A DNA stretch of 64,000 nt from Poseidonia sp. (GTDB lineage: Archaea; Thermoplasmatota; Poseidoniia; Poseidoniales; Poseidoniaceae): the NCBI GenBank assembly GCA_965661285.1, contig CBFIDD010000002.1, positions 12,611-76,610 on the forward strand. Reading direction: 5' to 3'. The position numbers and the translations under genes were made by a program. The notes beneath the pieces were generated by a model, which was not told where the DNA came from, did not search any database, and saw only the letters and a list, made by a program, of their open reading frames with translations. Position 1 is the first letter of the stretch; each line of letters opens with the position of its first letter. Below are positions 18,598 to 27,990 of the stretch, piece by piece.

Positions 18598-19306
18598 GAC
18601 GAAAACGAGTTTGAGCGATGTTCTCGAAGGGGCGCCAGTGTCCTTGAAGCCCCGAACGAGGATGTCGGAGGTGCAGTGCTCTCCTTCGCCGACTTCCTGT
18701 CCACGTACCGATGAGGTGGTTTTGAGCGTGGCGGTGAAGATGTTGAAGCAAACGTGCATCGGTGTGTTGCGAGCGAGGCGATCCCGTGATGACGACCACA
18801 GCGGCGTGCTGGTGTTCGGCCAGTTGCCGTAAGAGACCAACATGTCTTCGGAACAAGGTTCTGGATTCAAGCCTCGAAATCGCATCATCGCTGTGCATGG
18901 CGAGCAAACCGTCAATCACAATGACGGGGGCACGGGTGATGGCCAGTTCATTTGGGAGGCGTTCGATTTGTCGGTCCAATTGATGCAGTGTGAATCCTCG
19001 ACTCAAGTACAAACGTGCGAGACACGCCTCAACATCTGCTCCAAGCCGTTCCAAACCTGGAATGAAACGTGAGGGGTCAATTCGGCAGGCACCGTCCACC
19101 CAGTGCACCACTTCGCCTTGTGCCAAGGCGTGAACGGCCCAATGTTCTGCAACACATCGCATGCTCTTGCCTGCCCGTCCGGGCCCACTCAAGTGGTAGA
19201 GTTGTCCTCGCACGGGCACAAGCGTGGTTGGGTCAATGCCTCTTCGGCGTTGGATGAGGTCGGTGTTCAGCCGTGATGTCGCTTGGTGGTGTTGCATACG
19301 AATCAT
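18521..19306 (-). CDS. RecA-superfamily P-loop ATPase lacking an N-terminal domain (RadB/ImuA-like)
   Basis: Walker A is LSGPGRAGKS and Walker B-like strand is PVIVIDGL. The order of elements matches RadB (P-loop, VxWVD, L..R.., VVIDS-like, VVVITG). The C-terminal tail is Arg-rich. The last 25 codons overlap the 3' end of the polymerase gene. Confidence 0.65.
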   Translation of the reverse strand: MIRMQHHQATSRLNTDLIQRRRGIDPTTLVPVRGQLYHLSGPGRAGKSMRCVAEHWAVHALAQGEVVHWVDGACRIDPSRFIPGLERLGADVEACLARLYLSRGFTLHQLDRQIERLPNELAITRAPVIVIDGLLAMHSDDAISRLESRTLFRRHVGLLRQLAEHQHAAVVVITGSPRSQHTDARLLQHLHRHAQNHLIGTWTGSRRRRALHLRHPRSGLQGHWRPFENIAQTRFRLNEQSFDRSTRSQTVGVLPLFHRDA

Positions 19307-19405
19307 TGACGGTCGTCAAACGGGGTCTTCAATACTTAGGAGGACCCCTCGGTTGAACTGAACATCCACATCAAGTTCAAACACCATCGGCGTCGATGGG
19401 CGATT

Positions 19406-20536
19406 GTGCTTGGGCAAGACGCAGGTGGTGCGGTTGGTGGTCCGAGAATCATCATTCACTGCGACTTGGATGCGTTTTTTGCAGCGGTTGAAACCCTTCA
19501 CCACGGCTTTGACCGCGATGTACCTTTGATCATCGGTTCAGATCCGAAACAGGGACGGGGTCGCGGCATCGTTTCTACCTGTAATTACGCGGCGCGCGTC
19601 TACGGAATACGTTCGGCCATGCCCGTTTCCGAGGCGTGGCGCCGGTGCCCTGCAGCGCCGTTTGGCCCGGCCATCTTCATCCGAGGAACACGTGGCCTCT
19701 ACAGCCGAGCGAGTCGAAAAGTCATGGCGGTTCTTTCGGAAATGGCGGACCTGTTTGAAAAGGCGAGCATCGATGAGGCCTATCTCGATGTGACGGAGCG
19801 AGTAAACGGGGATTGGGATGCAGCACTCGCCCTTGCAAATATTCTGCAGCAGCGTATCTTTGAAGCGGTCGAGTTGACGGCTTCTTTTGGCATCGGGCCA
19901 ACTCGTCTCGTGGCCAAGATGGCGAGTGAGGTGAACAAACCCAACGGAATCTTTCGTGTTATGCCTGACGAACTGCAGTCGTTTTTCGAGGGTCGCTCTC
20001 TCCGAGATATCCCGGGGATTGGACCAAAACGCGCAACCCAGTTGGCAGAGTGGGGCTACACAACGGCCGACGAGCTTTACGGTTTGGGTGAACTTTCCCT
20101 TGCAAGGCTCGCAGGTGAGCGATTTGCTGCTTGGTTTGTGCGAGTTGTTGATGGAGAAAGCAGTTCGGTTGTCAGTCCTCTGCGGAGTCGGAAATCCATT
20201 GGGAAAGAGCACACGTTTGAACGCGACCAAGAGGACCATCAACACGTGGTGGAGCGCCTCGAACAATTGGTATCGTTGGTCATGGAACGGGCTGCACATC
20301 TCGGTGTGTCTGGTCGGTTGGCTGAAGTCAAAATTCGCTACACGGGATTTGAAACCCATACCGCTGGCCGGAGCATACCGGTGGCGATGGACGAAACGTC
20401 GGTGTTCAAGCGGCTGGCGAACGGGTTGTTTGCCACCAGTGTTCGCCCGGATTCAACCGTGCGCCTCATCGGGTTTCGTTTGGGGCAGTTAGAGATGCCA
20501 GCATTCCGTCAGTCCACGCTGTTTGAGGAAGAATAG
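19406..20536 (+). CDS. dinB: Y-family DNA polymerase IV (DinB/Dpo4-type)
   Basis: IIHCDLDAFFAAVE, SIDEAYLDVT, IGPTRLVAKMAS and DIPGIGPK (HhH) are all present, so the catalytic acidic residues are intact. The predicted start is GTG. Confidence 0.9.
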   Translation: MLGQDAGGAVGGPRIIIHCDLDAFFAAVETLHHGFDRDVPLIIGSDPKQGRGRGIVSTCNYAARVYGIRSAMPVSEAWRRCPAAPFGPAIFIRGTRGLYSRASRKVMAVLSEMADLFEKASIDEAYLDVTERVNGDWDAALALANILQQRIFEAVELTASFGIGPTRLVAKMASEVNKPNGIFRVMPDELQSFFEGRSLRDIPGIGPKRATQLAEWGYTTADELYGLGELSLARLAGERFAAWFVRVVDGESSSVVSPLRSRKSIGKEHTFERDQEDHQHVVERLEQLVSLVMERAAHLGVSGRLAEVKIRYTGFETHTAGRSIPVAMDETSVFKRLANGLFATSVRPDSTVRLIGFRLGQLEMPAFRQSTLFEEE

Positions 20537-20538
20537 TT

Positions 20539-23031
20539 TCATTCCAACTTGTGCATGCGCGTCAGTGTTGCCGAGAACTCTCCCAGCAATTCCGGGACAG
20601 GCGTGTCGGAGATGGGCTGGTTGAGCGAGATACCGGCTTCTTTCTTTTTGGCCCACACGTGCCCGTTGAATTCCTGCAGTGCGTGCGAGAGGCTACAGAG
20701 CCGTTCACTTTCGTCGGTGCCAAAGGCCACATCCTCGAGCGCAGGTGAAGGGAAGGCATCAACATCCACGGCCGATGTTCCGTAAACGGTGCTGGTGATG
20801 TGGTGGGTAAAGAAGGGGCAGACCGGGCTGAATGCCGCCATGAAATCACGGACAATACGGTGAAGGGTCCAAGCCGCTGCCTTGTCCTCATCGTAAAGTC
20901 TTGATTTGACCATTTCGAGGTAGTGGCTTGGCAACAGCCCGGTTCCAAAGGTTTTGAGCGCCTGCGTCGCCGTATAGATGTCAAGATTGGACCACGCATC
21001 GTTCACGGTGTTCATCGTGTGATGGAACTCGGCGAGGATCCAGCGGTCCTCCGAAGCGAAGGATGCGGGAGGCGTTTCAAGGTCGTCGGGAACTTCAAAT
21101 TGGGACGCAAATCGGGCAACGTTGAACAATTTCGTCAACACACCGAAGTATTTCTTTTCGATTTCTTCGGGGTTGATATGGAAATCATCGCCAACTTGGG
21201 CATCACAGGCCTTCCAAAGACGGAAACATTCACTCCCGATTTTGTTTGCTCGCAGTTTCACGGAGCCATCGGGGCCCTTGACTTGCCATGCGCCGGTCCG
21301 GCCGCCAGCTCCGCACTCGAGAACCGAATCAGCATCGATGCCGTTGCCGAGGGATTTGCTCATTTTTCGTCCCCAAGGGTCCATGCCGAGGCCATCGATC
21401 CAAACGTGTTGGAATCCAGGTTGGTCGAGCACAAGTGTTGATTTTAGGAGTGTGTAGTAGAGCCAAGTCCTGACGATTTCTTTGCCTTGAGGGCGTAAGG
21501 CTGTTGGAAAGGCATTCTCAAAGATATCTGGGTGGTTGAGATAACCGCTGACAAAGAGGTTTGAGTTGGATGAATCCATCCATGTGTCAAACACTTTTTC
21601 CTCGCCCCTGATCTGCCCGAGAGTCTCGGCGATGTCCGCAAAAGCACCCAAATCTTCTCTCGAATCTCTGTCCAGCACTCGGCTGCCCTTCGGCGGCATG
21701 TCCTTCCAGGGTTGCACGTAGGTTCCGGAGGGCGGAACGACGACCTTTGTTTCGTCTTCACTGTACCAAATTGGAATCTCAGTATGGTACCATCGACGTC
21801 GGCTGATCGGCCAATCAATGCTGATGTTGTCCATCCAGTCGAGTAAAAATTGGCGATTGCGCACCGGATGGAAATTGATGGATTCAATGTGCTCACGCAT
21901 GCGGTCTTGGATGTGGGTTTGGCGCACATACCACTCCTTGAGGAGGATGATTTCAACGGGGTTTTTTCCTCGCTCTGACACCGGGATATCCTGGTCTCGC
22001 TCAACGGCTTGAACCAGACGCCCTTCCTCTTGGAGCAGTTCGATCGCCTTTGTGCGTGCTTCGAGGACCGAAAGGCCGTGGAGAGGACCGGATACCTCCG
22101 TCATTTTGCCATCCAAATCAATGGCTTGGAACGGTGTTAATCCCAGTTCACGGAAGACGGCAACATCGTTTTGATCGCCGAATGAACACACCATCAAGAC
22201 GCCGGTTCCGAAATCTGATTTGACCGAGGGATGCTCCTGTATTGATACGGTCGTTCCGCGATCGCTGACGCCCAGTGGGAGGGTAATTTCCTGACCCACA
22301 AGGTGCTTGTAGCGAGCGTCATCCGGGTGCACGACCACCACGCCGCAGGCGCAGATCAACTCCGGCCGTGTGGTGGATATCACCAAATCCGTTCCGTCTT
22401 TGCATGTCCAACGGACATCGACAAGCTTTGTTTTTCGTGGCAAACGTTCGACCTCAGCATCTGCGATGGTGGTCCCTTCGACGGGGTCATAGATGTTGGG
22501 GCGAAGGTCTTCGATAATGTCACCTTTCTTGAACAGGTCCACGAAAATAGACTGTGTCACGCTGCGGTAGTCTGGAGCGTCGGTCAGGTATTCCCGAGAG
22601 AAGTCACAGGAAAGGCCGACTCGTTTTGCCGTGTTTCGCATCGCTTGTGTGAAGGATTCGATGGTGGTTTCACACAGTTGGAGGAATTCTTCCCGGTCAT
22701 AGGTCTTCATTTTCCGTTTGGTGTTCTTTTCCACCGTGAACTCGATATTGATCCCGTTGCGGTCCACGCCCCACGGGAAATAGACTTCCTTGCCAAGCAA
22801 ACGCTGACTCCGAGCAAGGACATCGATCATGGAATACTGGGCTACGGCACCGATGTGCCATGTGCCTGAAGGATAGGGTGGGGGGGTGTCGATGACAAAC
22901 AGTTCCTTCTCACTCTCGGGGTTGAAGGCGTAGCGTCCACTGTAGGCTGCATCATCAGCGTAGTGGGCTTCTTGGATGGTCTTTTCAAGGTCAATGGACC
23001 ATCGTTTTTCTGGTATTTTTGGGGCTGGCAT
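20539..23031 (-). CDS. valS: class Ia aminoacyl-tRNA synthetase, most likely valyl-tRNA synthetase
   Basis: TPPPYPSGTWHIGAV (HIGH region), GVDRNGINIE, CP1 editing motifs TTRPELICACGVVVVHPDDARY and FGTGVLMVCSFGDQND, and KMSKSLGN. ATG at 23031 (GTG at 23040 is possible). Confidence 0.75.
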   Translation of the reverse strand: MPAPKIPEKRWSIDLEKTIQEAHYADDAAYSGRYAFNPESEKELFVIDTPPPYPSGTWHIGAVAQYSMIDVLARSQRLLGKEVYFPWGVDRNGINIEFTVEKNTKRKMKTYDREEFLQLCETTIESFTQAMRNTAKRVGLSCDFSREYLTDAPDYRSVTQSIFVDLFKKGDIIEDLRPNIYDPVEGTTIADAEVERLPRKTKLVDVRWTCKDGTDLVISTTRPELICACGVVVVHPDDARYKHLVGQEITLPLGVSDRGTTVSIQEHPSVKSDFGTGVLMVCSFGDQNDVAVFRELGLTPFQAIDLDGKMTEVSGPLHGLSVLEARTKAIELLQEEGRLVQAVERDQDIPVSERGKNPVEIILLKEWYVRQTHIQDRMREHIESINFHPVRNRQFLLDWMDNISIDWPISRRRWYHTEIPIWYSEDETKVVVPPSGTYVQPWKDMPPKGSRVLDRDSREDLGAFADIAETLGQIRGEEKVFDTWMDSSNSNLFVSGYLNHPDIFENAFPTALRPQGKEIVRTWLYYTLLKSTLVLDQPGFQHVWIDGLGMDPWGRKMSKSLGNGIDADSVLECGAGGRTGAWQVKGPDGSVKLRANKIGSECFRLWKACDAQVGDDFHINPEEIEKKYFGVLTKLFNVARFASQFEVPDDLETPPASFASEDRWILAEFHHTMNTVNDAWSNLDIYTATQALKTFGTGLLPSHYLEMVKSRLYDEDKAAAWTLHRIVRDFMAAFSPVCPFFTHHITSTVYGTSAVDVDAFPSPALEDVAFGTDESERLCSLSHALQEFNGHVWAKKKEAGISLNQPISDTPVPELLGEFSATLTRMHKLE

Positions 23032-23194
23032 GTGCCTCACCTGGCCCCTCCTCGGTCACTGAGGGGGGTCCAATCCGTCGGATGTGGGGCATCATTTCAA
23101 CCCGTCGGCTCAATCATGAAAGACAACCGTCAAACGTCCATGGCGAAGGTAAGCCTTTGAAGGTCAATGGTTTCGGTGTCGTTGAGGTGGTGTC

Positions 23195-26100
23195 GTGGCT
23201 TCGGTGGATGATGCTTCAAAAACCCAGCCTCCTCAAGATACAGGTGCGACCTCTGTAGGGAATCGTCGCCTCAACGCCATCACCGAAAAGAGCCGTGCTG
23301 TGAGGAACCAACTCACTGGTCAAATGAAGGCCATTGACTCGAAGCGTACACTTGATGCGGTTCTTGAAGCCCCAAAACGTTTCAAGCGAGAATGGCAGAA
23401 AACAGGTGCGACCGGCGCCATTACCAAATTTCCGATACCCACCATCCTCGTCTTCCTCTTGCTAACAGTGTACTTTGTTTCACAGTCTGGCTTCCTCGAC
23501 GGTACGCAGTTCGATGACGACCCCGATAATCCAGCGCTGAACGTCAACGGGGACTTGGAGGTCTACCTCCCGGACGGGAGCCGTGTTGCTGAATTGATCG
23601 GAAAAGTGGAGGAGGATTGGTCCACCAACGTGATGGTTGTCTACATTGAGTCGGACAAAAACAACATTACAGACCAGCGGATTCTCCAAGAGATCAGCTA
23701 TGTCGAGAACATTCTCAATCCCTATCTTTCTGATGACTCCGACGACGTGATCTACATTCTTTCCCTCTCCACGGTCCTCAAAGAAGTCAATTCAAGCGCC
23801 CCTCGCATTCGAGAAGCTGTCATCACCGAAGTTGGAGAACTTGGCTGCTCAAACAACCCCGAAGACAATTGCCCCTCGAGGGAATTTGCCAAGGAGATGA
23901 ACGATGCCTTTGCACTTACCGATGACCAATTTGGTGGCTCATACGAAATTCCGAGTCAAACCACCATCGACCTTGTCGTGGGTGAGATGTATTCGGATGA
24001 AGGCCAACCCTCAGCCGGCATGAACAAGCTTGCTCGAGATATTGAGGGCGGTGAAGACGGCGGTCCCGACGGATTGCTCGACCGTGCCATCATGGCGATT
24101 GCAGTGACCGAAGACCGTCCTGCAAAGGACATCATTGCTGACACACAAGAAGTTCTCGACACCATCGCTTCGATGGAGCGAGCCTGCTTGTATGACGCCA
24201 ACGGAAATCCGGTGGAGTCAGAGGGCATGTGCACCTGGGAAGACCTTGGGATTTCGATGGTTCTCACCGGGCCTGTCCCCATCACCAACGCCGTCACAGA
24301 ATTTTCGTTCAAGTTGTTCTGGGACATCTTCCCCAAAGCGGTCGTCCTGGTTGCCCTGGGGTTGTTTGTTTTCCACTCTGACCTTCTCCAAGCCGGTTTG
24401 ACGGGTATTCGCCCTCTCCAAGGTTTCAAAGTCATCGTCATTGCTGGTTTACCAACGCTCTGTGCGGTGTTTTGGACGCTGGGTCTCATCGGGGCGACGA
24501 ATTACGAAGTAACGATGACGGTGATTATTGTCGGGCCCATTTTACTCGCGCTGGGCGTATCGTACGGATTACACATCACCAATCGCTACGCGGAAGAGGA
24601 GGGGACTAAGAGCGAGAAAATGCGGGCTTCGTTAAGCTCGACAGGTCGGGCTGTCTTCCTTTCGGCAGTGACCACGGTGATCGGTTTCATCTCCCTTGTG
24701 TTCACACCGATGGCGCCCATACAAACGGTGGGAATCGCCCTTTCTGGGGGCATTGTCATCGTCTATTTCCTCACCATGTTCATGGTTCCGAATCTAACGC
24801 TCATCTTGGATTTGAAAAAGCCCAAACATCCTCCGCTGAAGGCTTTCGACGTGTTGGTTGATGTCCCGGTGAAACGTAACAAAGGGGTCATTGGCGTCTT
24901 TGTTTTGATGATTTTACTCTCCGCAACCATCGGCCAGGCCAATGTTGAGGAAAACATTGACCTGCTCGGCATGGCGCCCGAGGGCGAATCCCCGGTCGTC
25001 AAGATGAAGCAATACAGCCGCGAATTTGAAGCCGGCCAGGTTGGTATGATCCTCGTCAACGCCAACGTGAGCGGCGATTTCAATGACGAGGATAACTCCA
25101 ACGATGACCCTGTGGAAATTCTTCAAAAAATTGACAATTTGGAAGCCTCCCTCAACACCGTAGAAAACACCACGGCGGTTTCGGTTGTGTTCTTGATGAA
25201 AGCCTCAGGTGTCCAAATCACGGTCTCCGGCGAGGGCTTGAACGAATTGTTTCAACTCATTCCGTGTGCCGGTAATGAACAGTGCGAGGATGTGAAAACC
25301 ACCGCAAATGTGCTCCTGAATCAGAGCCAAGCCCTCGACGGTTCGTTTTGGGACTTGTTGAACGACCCCGATGCTTTCGGTCTTCCGGGTTCCCAACAAA
25401 GCCAAATTTTCCTTTTGGACGTCTTTTACGCCTCACTGACAAAAGAAACTCGTGAAATCTTCGTGAGCGAGGACTTCAGTCGCTCTCTGATTTACGTTGA
25501 CATGCCGTTCATCCCTGTTGCCGATACTGCGAAAAGTGTGGATTCGGTCAACGACAAGGCGGCCACGTTCCAGGGTCGTTATGGGGAATCAGCTGAAGAA
25601 CTGACAGGTGTGGCCGCAACAGCCATTGAAGTCAACGAACTCATTGTCGGGTCGCAGTGGACATCGCTTGGCTTTGCCATTATTTTGACCCTCATCACGC
25701 TCGCCATCGTGTTCAGAGACATTCGCTATTCAATTTGGACAACGTCACCCGTTATTGCTACCGTGGCTCTCCAATGGTTGGTCATGTGGCGGATGGACGT
25801 CCCACTCTCGTTGGTCACGGTCATGATCGGCTCTATTTTGGTCGGCGTGGGTGTTGACTTCTCAATCCACATTGCCAACCGTATACGCGAGTTGGGTGGG
25901 GGCATACAGGCCATTCGAAGTGCGGCCGTCGGCACGGGGATGTCGTTGTTTGAAGCAGCCGTGGTAACATCGCTCGGTATGTTTACCGCCTATGATATTC
26001 CGATTCCGGAAATCACACCGTTCATCACGGTGATTCTCATCCTGCTGTGGGTCGCTGCTGCCAGTGCACTGATCCTCCTACCTGCCATCTTCATCACCCT

Positions 26101-26233
26101 CGAAAAGATGGGTATCGGTGCGGTCAGTGGCGGCAATAACATGGCGAAAAAATTGGGTCTCATCCGCGCCAATACGGCTGCTGAAGACGTGATGGACGCC
26201 GCTTTGGTTGAGGATGTGGTCGACGCGTGGTAA
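23195..26233 (+). CDS. RND-superfamily exporter (MMPL/COG1033-like), 12-TM with two large extracytoplasmic domains
   Basis: Two repeats, each a large soluble loop followed by a 5-6 TM bundle (residues ~375-540 and ~840-990), as in MMPL/HpnN-type transporters. GTG start. Confidence 0.75.
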   Translation: MASVDDASKTQPPQDTGATSVGNRRLNAITEKSRAVRNQLTGQMKAIDSKRTLDAVLEAPKRFKREWQKTGATGAITKFPIPTILVFLLLTVYFVSQSGFLDGTQFDDDPDNPALNVNGDLEVYLPDGSRVAELIGKVEEDWSTNVMVVYIESDKNNITDQRILQEISYVENILNPYLSDDSDDVIYILSLSTVLKEVNSSAPRIREAVITEVGELGCSNNPEDNCPSREFAKEMNDAFALTDDQFGGSYEIPSQTTIDLVVGEMYSDEGQPSAGMNKLARDIEGGEDGGPDGLLDRAIMAIAVTEDRPAKDIIADTQEVLDTIASMERACLYDANGNPVESEGMCTWEDLGISMVLTGPVPITNAVTEFSFKLFWDIFPKAVVLVALGLFVFHSDLLQAGLTGIRPLQGFKVIVIAGLPTLCAVFWTLGLIGATNYEVTMTVIIVGPILLALGVSYGLHITNRYAEEEGTKSEKMRASLSSTGRAVFLSAVTTVIGFISLVFTPMAPIQTVGIALSGGIVIVYFLTMFMVPNLTLILDLKKPKHPPLKAFDVLVDVPVKRNKGVIGVFVLMILLSATIGQANVEENIDLLGMAPEGESPVVKMKQYSREFEAGQVGMILVNANVSGDFNDEDNSNDDPVEILQKIDNLEASLNTVENTTAVSVVFLMKASGVQITVSGEGLNELFQLIPCAGNEQCEDVKTTANVLLNQSQALDGSFWDLLNDPDAFGLPGSQQSQIFLLDVFYASLTKETREIFVSEDFSRSLIYVDMPFIPVADTAKSVDSVNDKAATFQGRYGESAEELTGVAATAIEVNELIVGSQWTSLGFAIILTLITLAIVFRDIRYSIWTTSPVIATVALQWLVMWRMDVPLSLVTVMIGSILVGVGVDFSIHIANRIRELGGGIQAIRSAAVGTGMSLFEAAVVTSLGMFTAYDIPIPEITPFITVILILLWVAAASALILLPAIFITLEKMGIGAVSGGNNMAKKLGLIRANTAAEDVMDAALVEDVVDAW

Positions 26234-26271
26234 GCGTTGAGTCCATAGACCCCTTTCGTCTCCCCACAACC

Positions 26272-26742
26272 ATGAACCACTGGTTGATGAAATCCGAGCT
26301 GGATGTTTACCCATATTCTCAACTTGTTGATGACGGTTGGACACACTGGGACGGGGTGCGAAATTATCAGGCACGTAACATGATGCGAGACGACATGAAG
26401 GTCGGCGATCTTGTTCTGTTCTACCACTCCAACACCAAACCGCCTCACGTTGCGGGTGTTGCGAGGGTCCGACGTGAGGGCTATGGCGATTTTACGTCGT
26501 GGGATACCACAAGCAAGTATCATGATGAGAAATCGACCTCAGAGAATCCTCGTTGGTTTATGGTTGACATTGAACCGGTACGGGAACTGACCATGGTCCC
26601 CCTTCAGGACATGAAAGAAAATCCGAATCTGGATGGCATGCCGCTTTTGCGACGAGGGCAACGCCTCTCGGTGCAACCGGTGAGCGAGGAGCATTTTGCT
26701 GAAGTTCTACGAATGGCTGGCGTTGATGCATCGACATTGTGA
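26272..26742 (+). CDS. EVE (PUA-like, Thy28/DUF55) domain protein
   Basis: MNHWLMKSE....Y....L......W.GVRNYQARNMMRDDMKVGDLVLFYHS......VAGVARV is the characteristic EVE-domain signature. The start is set to the ATG at 26272. Confidence 0.8.
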   Translation: MNHWLMKSELDVYPYSQLVDDGWTHWDGVRNYQARNMMRDDMKVGDLVLFYHSNTKPPHVAGVARVRREGYGDFTSWDTTSKYHDEKSTSENPRWFMVDIEPVRELTMVPLQDMKENPNLDGMPLLRRGQRLSVQPVSEEHFAEVLRMAGVDASTL

Positions 26743-26755
26743 ATGAGGTGCTTGA

Positions 26756-27982
26756 ATGACCAATCCCGTCCCGGTGTCTTCTCGAGCGGCCAACATTGAG
26801 TACGCCATACGGGATGTTGTCGTGCCGGCTGTTGAACTTGAGGCACAGGGTCACAACATCATCAAACTGAACATCGGCGACCCTATTGCCTATCCTGGTT
26901 TGCCGACCCCGCCCCACATGGTTGATGCTTACGTTCAGGCCTTGAAGAGCGGCCATAACGGGTATTCACCGTCCTATGGATTGCCTCAACTCCGTCAGGC
27001 CATTGCCGAGGATGAGCGCCGGAAAGGGTGGGATGCGACGCCCGACGATATCTATGTCTGCCACGGCGTCACAGAAGCCCTACAACTCCTCTTCGCTGCC
27101 GTGCTTGAGGAGGGCTCCAAAGTATTGGCTCCAGGCCCCCACTATCCGCCGTACATGGCCTATCCTCAAATGTACGGAGGTGAGACCGTTGAATACAAAC
27201 TTCAGCAAAAGGACGGCTGGAAACCGGATTTTTCCGACATCGCCTCAAAGATGGACGATGATGTTCGTTTGTTGGTCCTCATCAATCCCAACAATCCTTG
27301 CGGGACGGTGTGTGGCCCTGAGGATGTGGACGCCCTCTTGACCATCGCCAGCGAGTATCCAAACTGTATCGTCGTCGCTGATGAGATCTACGACGGTCTT
27401 GACTTCACGGGCCGGCATGTCTCGGTTGCGAGCCGGAGTTCTGAGGTTCCAGTGATTGCGCTCAACGGTGTATCGAAGGTCTACTATGCCCCCGGGTGGC
27501 GTATTGGATACATGGCGCTCCACGATCCAGCGGGGAGACTCGGTCTGGTCAGGGACGGGCTTGAACGATTACTTCGCTCTCGATTGTGTGCTTCAACACC
27601 TGCCCAGCTGGGGTATCTAGCAGGTTTGAACGGGGACCGGTCGTGGATGGAAACCTACGCTCGGAAAGTGAAGAACCAACGCGACCACTGTATGAAGCGA
27701 ATTTCCCAGATCGATGGATTGGAAGTGGAGCAACCCGGTGGAGCTTTCTACATGTTCATCCGGTTGACGGACAACCAGTGGGCTTCGGACGACAAAGCGT
27801 TTGTCTTGCGCTTGCTTCACGAGGAGCATGTTTTGTTGGTTCACGGCAGTGGTTTCTCACCAGAATTGGGCCGGGGCCATGTTCGTTTGGTCTATCTTGC
27901 CGATGTTGACGTGCTCGACGAAGCCTTCGACCGCATGGATCGGTTTTTGCGAAAGCACCGTTTGAACGGGGCAGTGTCGTAG
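26756..27982 (+). CDS. PLP-dependent aminotransferase class I/II (alanine/aspartate aminotransferase-like)
   Basis: LNIGDP, NPNNPCG and the PLP-lysine motif NGVSKVYYAPGWRIGY are present, plus the C-terminal RL motif. 408 aa. Confidence 0.85.
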   Translation: MTNPVPVSSRAANIEYAIRDVVVPAVELEAQGHNIIKLNIGDPIAYPGLPTPPHMVDAYVQALKSGHNGYSPSYGLPQLRQAIAEDERRKGWDATPDDIYVCHGVTEALQLLFAAVLEEGSKVLAPGPHYPPYMAYPQMYGGETVEYKLQQKDGWKPDFSDIASKMDDDVRLLVLINPNNPCGTVCGPEDVDALLTIASEYPNCIVVADEIYDGLDFTGRHVSVASRSSEVPVIALNGVSKVYYAPGWRIGYMALHDPAGRLGLVRDGLERLLRSRLCASTPAQLGYLAGLNGDRSWMETYARKVKNQRDHCMKRISQIDGLEVEQPGGAFYMFIRLTDNQWASDDKAFVLRLLHEEHVLLVHGSGFSPELGRGHVRLVYLADVDVLDEAFDRMDRFLRKHRLNGAVS

Positions 27983-27990
27983 GAGATTTC

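Noticed and set aside
23045-23066. Inverted repeat CCCCTC-N10-GAGGGG in the valS / RND-exporter divergent spacer.
   Set aside because: The stem is short (6 bp) and G/C-only, and it lies right next to the valS start. Such a dyad is expected by chance at this GC content. No second copy was noticed.
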